Assembly: GCA_016293925.1 (NCBI GenBank)
Contig: JAEDCX010000003.1
Location: forward strand, 1,154-65,153
Origin: Lachnospiraceae bacterium
GTDB lineage: Bacteria; Bacillota; Clostridia; Lachnospirales; Lachnospiraceae
Length of the DNA: 64,000 bases
Reading direction: 5' to 3'
Notes under the pieces: model-generated
Seen by the model: the letters and a program-made list of their open reading frames with translations, nothing else
Told to the model about the DNA's origin: nothing
The model's database searches: none
Program-made: the position numbers and the translations under genes
In this document: one piece after another, positions 10,069 through 21,686 of the stretch
Numbering within the stretch: the stretch's first letter is position 1
How the letters are laid out: every line of letters starts with the position of its first letter

Positions 10069-11547
<1,479 letters not shown>

Positions 11548-11617
11548 TCATTTGTTACGACATATTCCCGCCAAAAAGAATACTCAGCACCGGAATAAAA
11601 CAATTTAATTGTATGCA

Positions 11618-11646
11618 AGTGTAACAAATTTGCACAACCGTGTCAA
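11618..11646 (-). promoter_or_regulatory. guaB promoter
   Basis: TTGACA-17 nt-TACACT. Confidence 0.55.
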
Positions 11647-11743
11647 GAACAAAACGACGCTCGTTTGCAAACACGGAAAAGCCTGCCAAAAAAGAAAAAA
11701 GAGACCGCAGACACTGTCTGAAATCTCTCTCTTATCCTCTTGC

Positions 11744-12244
11744 CTATCTGATGAAAACTTTACGCGGGGAAATCCCGTGAATCGCCTTAATCAACGCCTC
11801 ATTCGGCTCAAAGACGATCTTCTTGCCACCATCTGCGATCAGCATGTATCTGGTATCCGGATCATGCAATTCTCCTGTGGAATAGTCCAGTTCCTTCCCC
11901 TCTCTGTTCTTGTAGGAATCCAGTTCATGAGAATGGTAGGGAGCCATCAGTTCCATGCCGCCGAGATCCAGTTTCTGAACCCGCTTCCGTCTGGACTGGT
12001 TACAGATCTTATCAATGGTCAGTTCCTTGTCACAATAACAGTACTCATATTCCACATGGGAGTTTCCTCTCACAACAAACCAGACAAAGCCAAGCACAAG
12101 AGCAGGCAGCCACAGGATTGTAAGTCCGGTCAGAAATCCGAACGCAAAAACGCCCACCGACAGTCCCAGAAGCATGCAGCAAAGCAGTAGATTCCCTACC
12201 CTGTTTTTCCTTTTCACCAGCTGTTCGATAAATGAATTGTCCAT
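11744..12244 (-). CDS. hypothetical membrane protein (two TM helices plus soluble domain)
   Basis: Start chosen at MDNSFIEQ after GAGG. Hydrophobic N-terminal hairpin. No family recognised with confidence. Confidence 0.5.
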   Translation of the reverse strand: MDNSFIEQLVKRKNRVGNLLLCCMLLGLSVGVFAFGFLTGLTILWLPALVLGFVWFVVRGNSHVEYEYCYCDKELTIDKICNQSRRKRVQKLDLGGMELMAPYHSHELDSYKNREGKELDYSTGELHDPDTRYMLIADGGKKIVFEPNEALIKAIHGISPRKVFIR

Positions 12245-12425
12245 CGTAAACCTCACTCGCACTTTTTCCCCGACAGATGCGGGTTTTCCTTATTTATCAT
12301 AGTACAAATTCTCCTTCCGGGCAAGTGATATCCGAGTGTTTATATTTTTTTAAGACTTCCCTGCGTTGACATCCGAATCGCTACTGCCTATGATAAACAT
12401 AGCGCTATATACGGAGGAAACCACC

Positions 12426-13115
12426 ATGTCCATGCACGATGAATTGAAACAGGAACGCCAAAAGCTGAAGGGAAAGCCCTTTGCAGAGAAATTCAGCTGG
12501 TTCATGCATTACTATAAATGGGTCGTCATTGCCCCCATTGCCATCGTCCTGATCATTCTCTACATCAACAGTCAGAGCCTTAGCAGTCGGAAAACGCCTA
12601 CCATTGATTGTATTTTCATCAACAAACCGGAGAGCCTGCAGCTGCATCTGCTGACCGTATCGTATGGAGAATATGTAGACCGGAAGGAGCAGATCAGTCC
12701 GCTCAATACCACTTCCTATCCTCTGCGCATCCGGGTCGACGGCACACTGGATCCGGCTTATGCGGAATTCGCTTCCGATCTGATGACACTGGAAAATACC
12801 GGTTCGATTGACTTCATTTTCGCAGATACGGCTTCCGTCAGTTATCTGGCCAAGGCGGGTCTGATCTGTGACATGTCGCTCGTCTTAACCGGCGAACAGA
12901 TGGATGCATTCCGGGAGTACATCTATTACGTTGATTATTCCAGTCCCACCACCGGAGAGACTACCCGGTATCCTGTGGGCTTCCAGGTACAGAACACCGC
13001 CCAATATCAGAAATGCGGCGGTCCCTCCGACACAGAATATATACTGTGTACGGTTCAGGATCCGCCGCATTCAAAAAACATTTATCCGTTTATTCAATTC
13101 ATGTATCAGCCGTAG
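12426..13115 (+). CDS. hypothetical membrane-anchored protein
   Basis: GGAGGAAACCACC-ATG, preceded by a TTGACA-17-TATGAT promoter whose -35 hexamer is at 12366-12371. Single TM helix. Confidence 0.5.
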   Translation: MSMHDELKQERQKLKGKPFAEKFSWFMHYYKWVVIAPIAIVLIILYINSQSLSSRKTPTIDCIFINKPESLQLHLLTVSYGEYVDRKEQISPLNTTSYPLRIRVDGTLDPAYAEFASDLMTLENTGSIDFIFADTASVSYLAKAGLICDMSLVLTGEQMDAFREYIYYVDYSSPTTGETTRYPVGFQVQNTAQYQKCGGPSDTEYILCTVQDPPHSKNIYPFIQFMYQP

Positions 13116-15558
13116 TATCCCCGGAATTCTGCGGGTTCAAATCCGGCACAGGAGTATTTTCGTCTAATCCTTCCGAGGACGGATCATACTCCTCTTTTTT
13201 GTTCTCTGATTCCACAGGTTCCGGATGCTCCGCAAGATATTGCTTTAATTCCGCGCTTGTCATCTCCGTTCCGTCGGTGTGGAATCCGGCCCGCGCCATT
13301 TTATCCTCCACCGCGGCAGGAACGATATTCTCCGCATCCTCGTACAGATCATCGATATACTGATAGTAATCATAATCAAAAATCTTATCCGCTACCTTGA
13401 AACGGGTTCTTACCGTGCTCTTTACCGCCTTGATGTAATCCTCACTCACCGGATCGTCTGTCAGATAGGTAATCTCCCCATTGGAAGCGTTGTACATCGC
13501 CTTATCGGTAATCCAGCTCCTGTTATTGAACATCACAAGTCCTTCACAGTCGGACAGGATATCCCGACCGACAATCAGTCTGGAATCATAATCCAGTCCC
13601 ATCAGGTTGGATACGGTAGGAAGAATATCCAGGCTGCTGCAGACTTTGTCCACCACAACAGGCTCCTTCATGCTGCCGGACCAGATGATCAGCGTATTTT
13701 TGAACCACTCAAAGTTGCCGTCCAGCGTATGTCCCGCCAATTCGTCACATACTTCTTTGTTATCGTAAGGCACATGGTCTGCCGACAGTACAATGACGGT
13801 ATGATCGGCAATTCCCTCCTCCTCCAGATAACCAACCAGACGGGTCATGGCTTTCTCCAGTTCATACTGGCAAGACAGATATGCCCGCGTCGTCTCCGAG
13901 TATCCGGAGTCCGCAAATACTTCTTTGTTGCGGATGCTCATCTGATTGCCCGCAAAATTGTACTGTACATGCCCGCTGACGGACAGATAGTATACATGGA
14001 AGGGTTCCGGCTGATAGTAATCGTAGAAAGTCGTCTCGATCATGTGATCGTCTGACTGGGGCCACAGAGCCTTGCCGGACTTGGTACGCTCCGGTTCCCA
14101 GCCGTTTCCGACGCCCATCCAGGTATAACCCATGTTGGTGTGTGACATATCACGTCCGTAATAGGTATACGTGTTGTTGTGATACCCGACCGTTGTATAC
14201 CCCTTCCGGGTCAGCTGGGTACCCATGCAGAAGGTCATGGCATGATGATTCTTTCCGGTCTCCTTCATGCTGAGTTTTCCGCCGTTTGCCGGCATCAGTC
14301 CCGTGAGATTCGCATACTCACCGCCCACTGTGGAACCATACCACAACGGCGTATAGAAGTTGTTGAACACAAACCCTTCGTGAGCCAGCTTGTATAATGT
14401 AGGATAATTCTCTTCCGTCAATGCATATCCCGAGAAGCCTTCCGCCGTAATCCAGATCAGATTGTATCCCTCAAACAGTCCGGTATACTGGTTCGTATTG
14501 GTCGGCGTACAATCCCGGAAATACTCGTTCAGGGAGATCAGTCCTTCGTCGGAAGTCTGGGCAATCAGTTCATCAAAATCAATCTCCAGAACATTGGTTG
14601 GTTTCCGCGGTACCACGGGCTCGGAATTCTCCTCCTGCTCCCCGGAAGCCGAATCCTCTCCCTCCGGCTGACTCGCATCTCCGATTGGATTCTGTACGTC
14701 TTCGTTTTCATTTTCCCCAAAGGAGTCTACATCTGCAAAAGCATCACTGAATTCAAATTCATCATCCGCTCCGTACTGCACTCCGAGGATCACGCCGAAG
14801 TCCATCAGGGTTCCCTGCGTCATTCCCAGTTTCTCGACAGCCATATCGATGGAGGTATTCTCACGATATACATCATATGCGGAATACATGCCGGTATCCG
14901 TCAATTTGATAAACAGTACCCCCAACATATAGATTGCAAAGGGAGCCACCCCGTGAATCAGTGAACGCACCCATTTCTTCCGCTTGAAATCTATCAACCG
15001 ACGGACAGGGGTCAGAATCACCACAACCGGAACCAGCAGCAAAATCAACGCCACAATATTCTCCCGGATATTCTTCATGATGGTATCCTGATAGTCGAAG
15101 GCCTGCCCCGCCACACCCATCATGGCCGACATGGACAGGTGATTCTGGAACACTCCGTTGTACACAATCTGTACACAGAAATATACGCAGAACAGAATCG
15201 TCAGAAAAATCGTCAGCAATACATTGACAATCCTCGGCGCCAGACTGCACAGGAATCCGATCAGCCCTGCGAACGCAGTAGAAAACAACAGAATGGCAAC
15301 CGTATTCCAATCCATGGATCGATAGGTGTATATGTGGAATGTCAATTCCAGATACGCCATCAGAATCGCAAAATAGAACGGTACAAACAGCTCCTTCCGC
15401 CGTGGCTTTTCATCAAACACATCCTGCAGCTTGCTGGATACCCGCATCTTCTCAAACGGATTATCGGTTTCCGGAACCGCTTTTTCCCTGCGTCCGGCAC
15501 CTCCTGCCCGCTTGTCTACTTTATCCTTCCCAACCCTCTCGTTCTTCTCTTCACTCAT
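13099..15558 (-). CDS. LTA synthase / sulfatase-family membrane protein
   Basis: N-terminal polytopic domain plus a C-terminal alkaline-phosphatase-superfamily domain (SADHVPYD...). Acidic linker and tail. Confidence 0.75.
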   Translation of the reverse strand: MSEEKNERVGKDKVDKRAGGAGRREKAVPETDNPFEKMRVSSKLQDVFDEKPRRKELFVPFYFAILMAYLELTFHIYTYRSMDWNTVAILLFSTAFAGLIGFLCSLAPRIVNVLLTIFLTILFCVYFCVQIVYNGVFQNHLSMSAMMGVAGQAFDYQDTIMKNIRENIVALILLLVPVVVILTPVRRLIDFKRKKWVRSLIHGVAPFAIYMLGVLFIKLTDTGMYSAYDVYRENTSIDMAVEKLGMTQGTLMDFGVILGVQYGADDEFEFSDAFADVDSFGENENEDVQNPIGDASQPEGEDSASGEQEENSEPVVPRKPTNVLEIDFDELIAQTSDEGLISLNEYFRDCTPTNTNQYTGLFEGYNLIWITAEGFSGYALTEENYPTLYKLAHEGFVFNNFYTPLWYGSTVGGEYANLTGLMPANGGKLSMKETGKNHHAMTFCMGTQLTRKGYTTVGYHNNTYTYYGRDMSHTNMGYTWMGVGNGWEPERTKSGKALWPQSDDHMIETTFYDYYQPEPFHVYYLSVSGHVQYNFAGNQMSIRNKEVFADSGYSETTRAYLSCQYELEKAMTRLVGYLEEEGIADHTVIVLSADHVPYDNKEVCDELAGHTLDGNFEWFKNTLIIWSGSMKEPVVVDKVCSSLDILPTVSNLMGLDYDSRLIVGRDILSDCEGLVMFNNRSWITDKAMYNASNGEITYLTDDPVSEDYIKAVKSTVRTRFKVADKIFDYDYYQYIDDLYEDAENIVPAAVEDKMARAGFHTDGTEMTSAELKQYLAEHPEPVESENKKEEYDPSSEGLDENTPVPDLNPQNSGDTTADT

Positions 15559-15598
15559 TTTCTCATGTCCTTCTCAATACTTTCCGCTACGTAACCTG

Positions 15599-17038
15599 TT
15601 ACAGCAGTTCCCTCAGCACCTGATTGATCATGGACGGATCGGCTTTGCCCTGCATTGCCCGCATCGTCTGACCAACCAGGAAGCCAATGGCCTTCTCCTT
15701 GCCGTTATGATAGTCCTCCACAGACTGCGGATTATCGGCGATAACCCGCTCCACTGCAGCCCGCAGTGCACCCTCATCATGAACGGTTTTCAAGCCTTTC
15801 TCTTCCACATATGCTTCAGGATCCACATCCTCCTGGAAGATTGCTTCAAATACTTCCTTGGCAACACTGGAATTGATTGCCTTGGAATCCGTCAGCCGGA
15901 TCAGTTTCGCCAGATTCTCCGGAGAGAAATGAATATCCTCCGGCTCCATATTGTTCTCTTTCAGGAGGCGAAGCGTCTCCACCATAAGCCAGTTGGATAC
16001 TTTTTTCGGCTGGTTGCACAGAGCCGTTGTCTCTTCAAAGAGATCTGCCATCCGCTTGGATCCGGTAATAATGTCAATATCGTAATCCGGCAGATCGAAT
16101 TCTGCCTTATACCGGGCCATCTTCTCTGTCCGGAACTCCGGCTGTCTGCTGCGGACCTCCGCCAGCCACTCGTCGCTGATCATCACGGGAACCAGATCCG
16201 GATCCGGGAAATAACGATAATCCTGGGCATCCTCCTTGCTACGCATCGCATACGAATACTCCTTGGTATCGTCCCATCTTCTGGTCTCCTGAATCACTTC
16301 CTTCCCTTCTTCCAGAAGGTCAATCTGGCGATTCCGCTCATGTTCGATTGCACGATGAATTGCCTTGAAGGAGTTCAGATTCTTCATCTCGGTTCTGGTT
16401 CCGAACTTCTCTGATCCAACCTCCCGGACGGACAGATTCACATCGGCCCGCATGGAGCCCTCCTGGAGCTTACAGTCGCTGGCACCCAGATACTGGATAA
16501 TCAGACGTAATTTCTCCAGATACGCAATGACTTCGTCAGCGGAACGCATATCCGGCTCACTGACTATCTCGATCAGCGGCACGCCGGAACGGTTATAGTC
16601 AACCAGGGAACAATCTCCCCACTCATCATGAATCAGTTTCCCCGCATCCTCTTCCATGTGAATCTCGTGGATCCGAACGGTTTTGCGTCCGCCCTCTTCC
16701 GTTTCGATCTCCACACCGCCGTCGCGGCAGATCGGAAGATAGAGCTGGGAGATCTGGTAGTTCTGCGGATTATCCGGATAGAAATAATTCTTCCGGTCGA
16801 ATTTGCAATTCTGGGTAATGGTACAGTTGGTAGCAATCCCTACTGCCATCGCATATTCCACAACCTGTTTGTTCAGGACGGGAAGGGAACCGGGCATACC
16901 GGTACATACCGGACAGGTATGGGTATTCGGTTCTCCGCCAAATGCCGTGGAGCAGCCGCAGAAAATCTTGGTGGCTGTAGCAAGTTCCACATGCACTTCC
17001 AGTCCGATGACGGTTTCATATTGTCTGCTCATCCTCAT
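15599..17038 (-). CDS. gatB: Asp/Glu-tRNA amidotransferase subunit B
   Basis: YETVIGLEVHVEL...CPVCTGMPGSLPVLN. ATGA overlap with the gatA stop. Confidence 0.95.
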   Translation of the reverse strand: MRMSRQYETVIGLEVHVELATATKIFCGCSTAFGGEPNTHTCPVCTGMPGSLPVLNKQVVEYAMAVGIATNCTITQNCKFDRKNYFYPDNPQNYQISQLYLPICRDGGVEIETEEGGRKTVRIHEIHMEEDAGKLIHDEWGDCSLVDYNRSGVPLIEIVSEPDMRSADEVIAYLEKLRLIIQYLGASDCKLQEGSMRADVNLSVREVGSEKFGTRTEMKNLNSFKAIHRAIEHERNRQIDLLEEGKEVIQETRRWDDTKEYSYAMRSKEDAQDYRYFPDPDLVPVMISDEWLAEVRSRQPEFRTEKMARYKAEFDLPDYDIDIITGSKRMADLFEETTALCNQPKKVSNWLMVETLRLLKENNMEPEDIHFSPENLAKLIRLTDSKAINSSVAKEVFEAIFQEDVDPEAYVEEKGLKTVHDEGALRAAVERVIADNPQSVEDYHNGKEKAIGFLVGQTMRAMQGKADPSMINQVLRELL

Positions 17039-18498
17039 GCCTCCTTTCCGGGTCTTACATACGATCCTCTTGCCTGCTCATAGGTGTAAGCGGCACGGAT
17101 CAGCGTTTTCTCACGGAAACAATCACCGATCATCTGCACGCCGATCGGCAGTCCTTCCCTGCTGACTCCGCAGGGAACCGTGATGCCCGGAAGCCCGGCC
17201 AGATTCACGGAAATGGTATAGATGTCACCCAGATACATCTTGATCGGATCCTGTAAGCTCTGCCCAAGCTTCGGTGCTGTGGTAGGAGCCGCCGGTCCGA
17301 TAATCAGGTCATATCTTGCAAAGGCATCGTCAAATGCTTTTTTGATCAGTGCTTTCACCTTAAGGGCTTTCAGATAATAGGCATCATAATAACCGCTGCT
17401 CAATACAAAGGAACCCAGCATGATACGGCGTTTTACCTCCGGACCGAAGCCTTCGCTTCTGGTCTTCTTATACATGTTGTGGAGTCCGTTGTAATCCGCG
17501 GTCCGGTAACCGTACTTCACGCCGTCGAAACGCTCCAGATTGGAGCTTGCCTCTGCGGCCGCAATGGTATAGTAGGTTGGAATCGCATACTCCACAAGAC
17601 TTAAGTCAAACTCCTCCAGAATCGCGCCCTTTTCCTCCAGCAGTTTCGCCGCCCGCATGACACTGTCCCGCACTTCCGGATCGAGACCTTCTCCGAAATA
17701 GTCTCTCGGAATACCGATTTTCAGTCCTTTCACGTCATTGACCAGTGCGGTCGTGAAATCTGTTTCGGTCTTCACACTGGTGGAATCTTTGGGATCGTGG
17801 CCTGCAATGGTCTCTAAAATCGTGGCACAGTCCGTCACATCCTTACACAGGGGACCGATCTGATCCAGGGAGCTTCCGTAGGCAATCAGGCCGTAACGGG
17901 ATACGGTTCCGTAGGTGGGCTTCATGCCCACTACCCCGCAGAAAGAAGCAGGCTGGCGGATAGATCCGCCCGTATCGCTTCCCAGGGCATAGAAGCATTC
18001 CTCTGCCGCAACCGCAGCAGCGGAACCGCCGGAGGAACCACCGGGCACATGCTCCGGATTCCAGGGATTCTTCGTCACGCCATATGCAGATGTCTCAGTG
18101 GTGGACCCCATGGCAAACTCGTCCATGTTGGTTTTCCCGATCATCACTGCACCTGCCTTCTCCAGGTTCTCTACTGCCGTAGAGGAGAAGGTGGGAATAA
18201 AGTTATTCAAAATTCTGGAAGAACAGGTTGTGAGTACGCCTGTCGTACACATGTTGTCCTTGATGGCAACCGGTACGCCGGCAAGCGGTCCGGTCAGTTC
18301 CCCACTGTTGATCTTTGCCTGTACCTCGGCCGCTCTTCGCATCGCTGTCTCTTCCACTACGGTTACATAGCAGTGGTATCTGTCTTCCACAGCCGCGATC
18401 CGGTCGAGAACCGCTCTGGTCGCTTCTACAGAAGTCACTTCTCCCCGCTTGATTGCGGCGCCTAATTCTACTGCCGATAAAGATAAAATATTGTCCAT
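17035..18498 (-). CDS. gatA: Asp/Glu-tRNA amidotransferase subunit A
   Basis: Amidase signature GGSSGGSAAAVA. Confidence 0.95.
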   Translation of the reverse strand: MDNILSLSAVELGAAIKRGEVTSVEATRAVLDRIAAVEDRYHCYVTVVEETAMRRAAEVQAKINSGELTGPLAGVPVAIKDNMCTTGVLTTCSSRILNNFIPTFSSTAVENLEKAGAVMIGKTNMDEFAMGSTTETSAYGVTKNPWNPEHVPGGSSGGSAAAVAAEECFYALGSDTGGSIRQPASFCGVVGMKPTYGTVSRYGLIAYGSSLDQIGPLCKDVTDCATILETIAGHDPKDSTSVKTETDFTTALVNDVKGLKIGIPRDYFGEGLDPEVRDSVMRAAKLLEEKGAILEEFDLSLVEYAIPTYYTIAAAEASSNLERFDGVKYGYRTADYNGLHNMYKKTRSEGFGPEVKRRIMLGSFVLSSGYYDAYYLKALKVKALIKKAFDDAFARYDLIIGPAAPTTAPKLGQSLQDPIKMYLGDIYTISVNLAGLPGITVPCGVSREGLPIGVQMIGDCFREKTLIRAAYTYEQARGSYVRPGKEA

Positions 18499-18509
18499 TC
18501 TGCGCCTCC

Positions 18510-18803
18510 TTACTCCACGGTAATCGGAACCACAAAAGCTCCGTCCCTGCTCTCGGGAGCATTGGCGATGATATTCTCACGATCATCCCCGTTTGTCACC
18601 ACATCTTCACGGAACACATTATGAACGGGGAACACATGGCTCATGGGTGCAACGCCTTCTGTGTCCAGTTCGCCAAGCTTATCGATGTAGTCTAACATGC
18701 TGGCCATATCTTTCTTCGCCTGCTCTTTTTCTTCGGCATTCAATTCCAGTTTCGCCAGAATGCCCACATACTCTATTGTCTCATCGCTGATCACATTTGC
18801 CAT
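18510..18803 (-). CDS. gatC: Asp/Glu-tRNA amidotransferase subunit C
   Basis: 97-aa protein with GatC-like sequence ([13 protein letters not shown]...) positioned between aspS and gatA. Confidence 0.9.
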   Translation of the reverse strand: MANVISDETIEYVGILAKLELNAEEKEQAKKDMASMLDYIDKLGELDTEGVAPMSHVFPVHNVFREDVVTNGDDRENIIANAPESRDGAFVVPITVE

Positions 18804-18819
18804 GGTTCTCTCCTCGTTG

Positions 18820-20565
18820 TTAATCTCTTACTTTGATATGAACCTCGCGAAGCTGCTGTTCCGTTACCTCGTTGGGTGCGCCGCACATCAGATCCTGTGC
18901 CGTACCGCTCATCGGAAATGCAATGACCTCACGGATGTTCTCCTCGTTGCGCAGTAACATAATCATACGGTCCACACCCGGTGCCATACCTGCATGGGGT
19001 GGTGCACCGAACTGGAATGCATTGTAGAGTGCACCGAACTTGTTCTTCAGCACTTCCTCATCGTACCCTGCAATCTCAAACGCTTTCACCATAATCTGCA
19101 TGTCATGGTTACGAACCGCACCGGAGGATAACTCCACACCGTTGCAGACGATGTCATACTGATATGCCAGAATATCCAGCGGATCCTGCGTATTCAGTGC
19201 TTCCAGACCACCCTGGGGCATAGAGAAAGGATTATGTGTGAAACCGATCTTCTTCTCCTCCTCATCATACTCATACATCGGGAAGTCATTGATGTAGCAA
19301 AAGCGGTACGCGTTCTTCTCAATCAGGTCAAGTTTCTCACCCAGTTCTGTACGGATCTGTCCGGCATAGAGGTTGGCGCGTGCTTCTTTGTCCGCGATAA
19401 AGAAGATCGTATCCCCCGCCTTCAATTCTGCCAGGTCTTTGATCTCAGCCTTCATCTCATCCGGAATGAACTTGTCAATCGGTCCCTTATAGGTCATATC
19501 GTCCTGCACCTCAAGGTATCCGAGACCACCCATGCCGATGGAGGTTGCGAATTTCAGCAGTTTCTCGTGGAAGCCCTTGGACATCTGGGCATGAACATTG
19601 ATTGCCCGAACCGTCTTGCCGTGGAAGGGCTTAAAGGTACATCTCTGGAAGAAGTCCGTAACGTCGATGATCCGCAGCGGATTCCGGAGATCCGGCTTAT
19701 CCGTACCAAACTCCAGCATTGCCTGTTTATAGGAAATAATCGGGTAAGGCGCCTCTGTTACGGAGAAGCCCTCCGGTGCAAATTGCTTGAAGGTTGCACT
19801 CAAAACCTCTTCTCCCACGGCGAAAACATCCTCCTGGGTTGCAAAGCTCATCTCAAAGTCCAGCTGGTAGAACTCTCCCGGAGAACGGTCCGCTCTTGCG
19901 TCCTCGTCCCGGAAGCAGGGTGCGATCTGGAAATATTTATCAAAACCGGATACCATCAACAGCTGCTTATACTGCTGGGGCGCCTGCGGAAGGGCATAGA
20001 ATTTGCCCTTGTATTTCCTGCTCGGTACGATATAATCTCTTGCTCCCTCGGGAGAAGAAGCACACAGAATCGGAGTCTGGATCTCCAAAAAGCCCATCTC
20101 CGTCATCTTCTGCCGCAGGAAACTGATGACATTGGATCGGAAGATCATATTCTCTTTCACCTTCTGGTTCCGCAGATCCAGATAACGGTATTTCAGTCTC
20201 AGGTCCTCCCGGATCTCCTTGGACGTCATCACCTCAAAGGGAAGCTGTCTGTATACCTTACCGAGAATGTCTACGGTATACGCCTCCACTTCCACGGTTC
20301 CCGAAGGAATCTTCGGATTGTAGGTCTCTTCGTCCCGCTTCTCCACTTTCCCCGTAACGGAGATACAGTCCTCTTTCACAAGACCGTTCAGGAGTGCTGT
20401 GTTACGCATCACCACCTGGACTACTCCGTACATGTCTCTTAAGTCGATGAACGAAACACCGCCGTGGTCACGGATATTCTCTACCCATCCGGCGATTCTG
20501 ACTTCCCGATCGATCTTGTCTTCCCCGATCTCATTCAATGTCACATCTCTGTAAATTGTACTCAT
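18820..20565 (-). CDS. aspS: aspartate--tRNA ligase (bacterial type; possibly non-discriminating)
   Basis: 581-aa class II aaRS with an OB-fold N-terminus and the bacterial insertion domain. First gene of the gatCAB operon. Confidence 0.9.
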   Translation of the reverse strand: MSTIYRDVTLNEIGEDKIDREVRIAGWVENIRDHGGVSFIDLRDMYGVVQVVMRNTALLNGLVKEDCISVTGKVEKRDEETYNPKIPSGTVEVEAYTVDILGKVYRQLPFEVMTSKEIREDLRLKYRYLDLRNQKVKENMIFRSNVISFLRQKMTEMGFLEIQTPILCASSPEGARDYIVPSRKYKGKFYALPQAPQQYKQLLMVSGFDKYFQIAPCFRDEDARADRSPGEFYQLDFEMSFATQEDVFAVGEEVLSATFKQFAPEGFSVTEAPYPIISYKQAMLEFGTDKPDLRNPLRIIDVTDFFQRCTFKPFHGKTVRAINVHAQMSKGFHEKLLKFATSIGMGGLGYLEVQDDMTYKGPIDKFIPDEMKAEIKDLAELKAGDTIFFIADKEARANLYAGQIRTELGEKLDLIEKNAYRFCYINDFPMYEYDEEEKKIGFTHNPFSMPQGGLEALNTQDPLDILAYQYDIVCNGVELSSGAVRNHDMQIMVKAFEIAGYDEEVLKNKFGALYNAFQFGAPPHAGMAPGVDRMIMLLRNEENIREVIAFPMSGTAQDLMCGAPNEVTEQQLREVHIKVRD

Positions 20566-20606
20566 TTTCCTATCCTTTCTGTCGGAAGCTCATTGCCTTG
20601 CATACG

Positions 20607-20895
20607 AAAAAAATAATCCCGGAATACATAACGCATTCCGGGACGGATTCTCTCGATTCCGCGGTACCACCCGCATTGAACAAAGCATATGCCCTGTTCC
20701 TCTCTTCCGGCTGTAACGGTGCCGCCGTTATATCCTACCCCGCCTAAAGACGGCTCAGATACACTGCTCCGGAGCGTTCCCGCCGCCACCTTACGTAGCG
20801 TTATCTGCCGGCCCGCGAATGACACTTTCAGTCGCTGATGTCATCTCCCTGGCGCCTTCCGGTAGAACGAGTCTCCTTCATCGCATTCTAATATC
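20607..20895 (-). promoter_or_regulatory. T-box riboswitch leader
   Basis: T-box core GGGTGGTACCGCG at 20660-20672 on the minus strand. AGGGAG and GAAAG elements in the stem-I region. Terminator TCCCGGAAT/ATTCCGGGA plus U-run at 20607-20643. Confidence 0.85.
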
Positions 20896-20901
20896 GCATA
20901 T

Positions 20902-20930
20902 ATGTTAGCACAGGCGTCACAGAAAATCAA
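20902..20930 (-). promoter_or_regulatory. promoter of the T-box/aspS operon
   Basis: TTGATT-17 nt-TAACAT with an extended -10 TG. Confidence 0.55.
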
Positions 20931-20981
20931 TAGTTCTTTCCGCAGGAATTCCGGCAGAATCCCGATCATCCCTACAGAGAA

Positions 20982-21686
20982 TCACTCCTCCCTGATACGA
21001 TAAACCGGCCGACCGTCATATTGCTCCCCCGCAGGAACAAGTTCCTTGAAAACACCGTTCTCCGCAGTCAGCTGATGTGCTTCCGCCCGGACATAAACCG
21101 TCGCCTCTTCACCGTCCGCTGTCACGACACAAACTTCCCACAGCGACTCTTCTCCTTCGATCCCGGTAACCTCACGCACAGAAACCTTCCACATCTCTCC
21201 GCCGGTTCCGCCTTCCATCAGGGAATCCTCCGTAGCAGCTGCGGATTCATCCTCATACAGCTTGTTTGATTCCGTCATTGAATTCCCCCATTCCAAATCG
21301 GGTTCTGCGCTGTCACAGCTGCTCTCTTCGCACACTTCCATATCAAGGTCGAAATTCGTTTCCCCCTCCGTTGGATCCGCAGACGTTCCGGCGGAATAGG
21401 CAAAATTGTGATCGGGAGCAGTACTGTCGGTCAATTCACAGCGATCCGACGCCTTTCTTCCTGTTCTGTTCAGATGCACGAGTGCCGGAATGAGGATCGC
21501 CAGACACACCCCAGCCGCAATCAGGCCGGACCAGCGGATCACGGAAAGTTTGCGCCTGTCCGATCGTTTCTGTTTCTCTGAAATAACCGGCTGCTTCTCC
21601 GGAAGCGCCGCCTCAATCCTGCCCCACAGATCAGGTGTGGACTGATCGGTATATGCACGATATTCCTGTTCCAGATTCTTACTCAT
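20982..21686 (-). CDS. putative anti-sigma factor (single-pass membrane protein)
   Basis: 8-nt overlap with the sigma gene stop and an AAGGAGG SD. Short cytoplasmic N-terminus, one TM helix, and an unassigned extracytoplasmic domain. Confidence 0.6.
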   Translation of the reverse strand: MSKNLEQEYRAYTDQSTPDLWGRIEAALPEKQPVISEKQKRSDRRKLSVIRWSGLIAAGVCLAILIPALVHLNRTGRKASDRCELTDSTAPDHNFAYSAGTSADPTEGETNFDLDMEVCEESSCDSAEPDLEWGNSMTESNKLYEDESAAATEDSLMEGGTGGEMWKVSVREVTGIEGEESLWEVCVVTADGEEATVYVRAEAHQLTAENGVFKELVPAGEQYDGRPVYRIREE

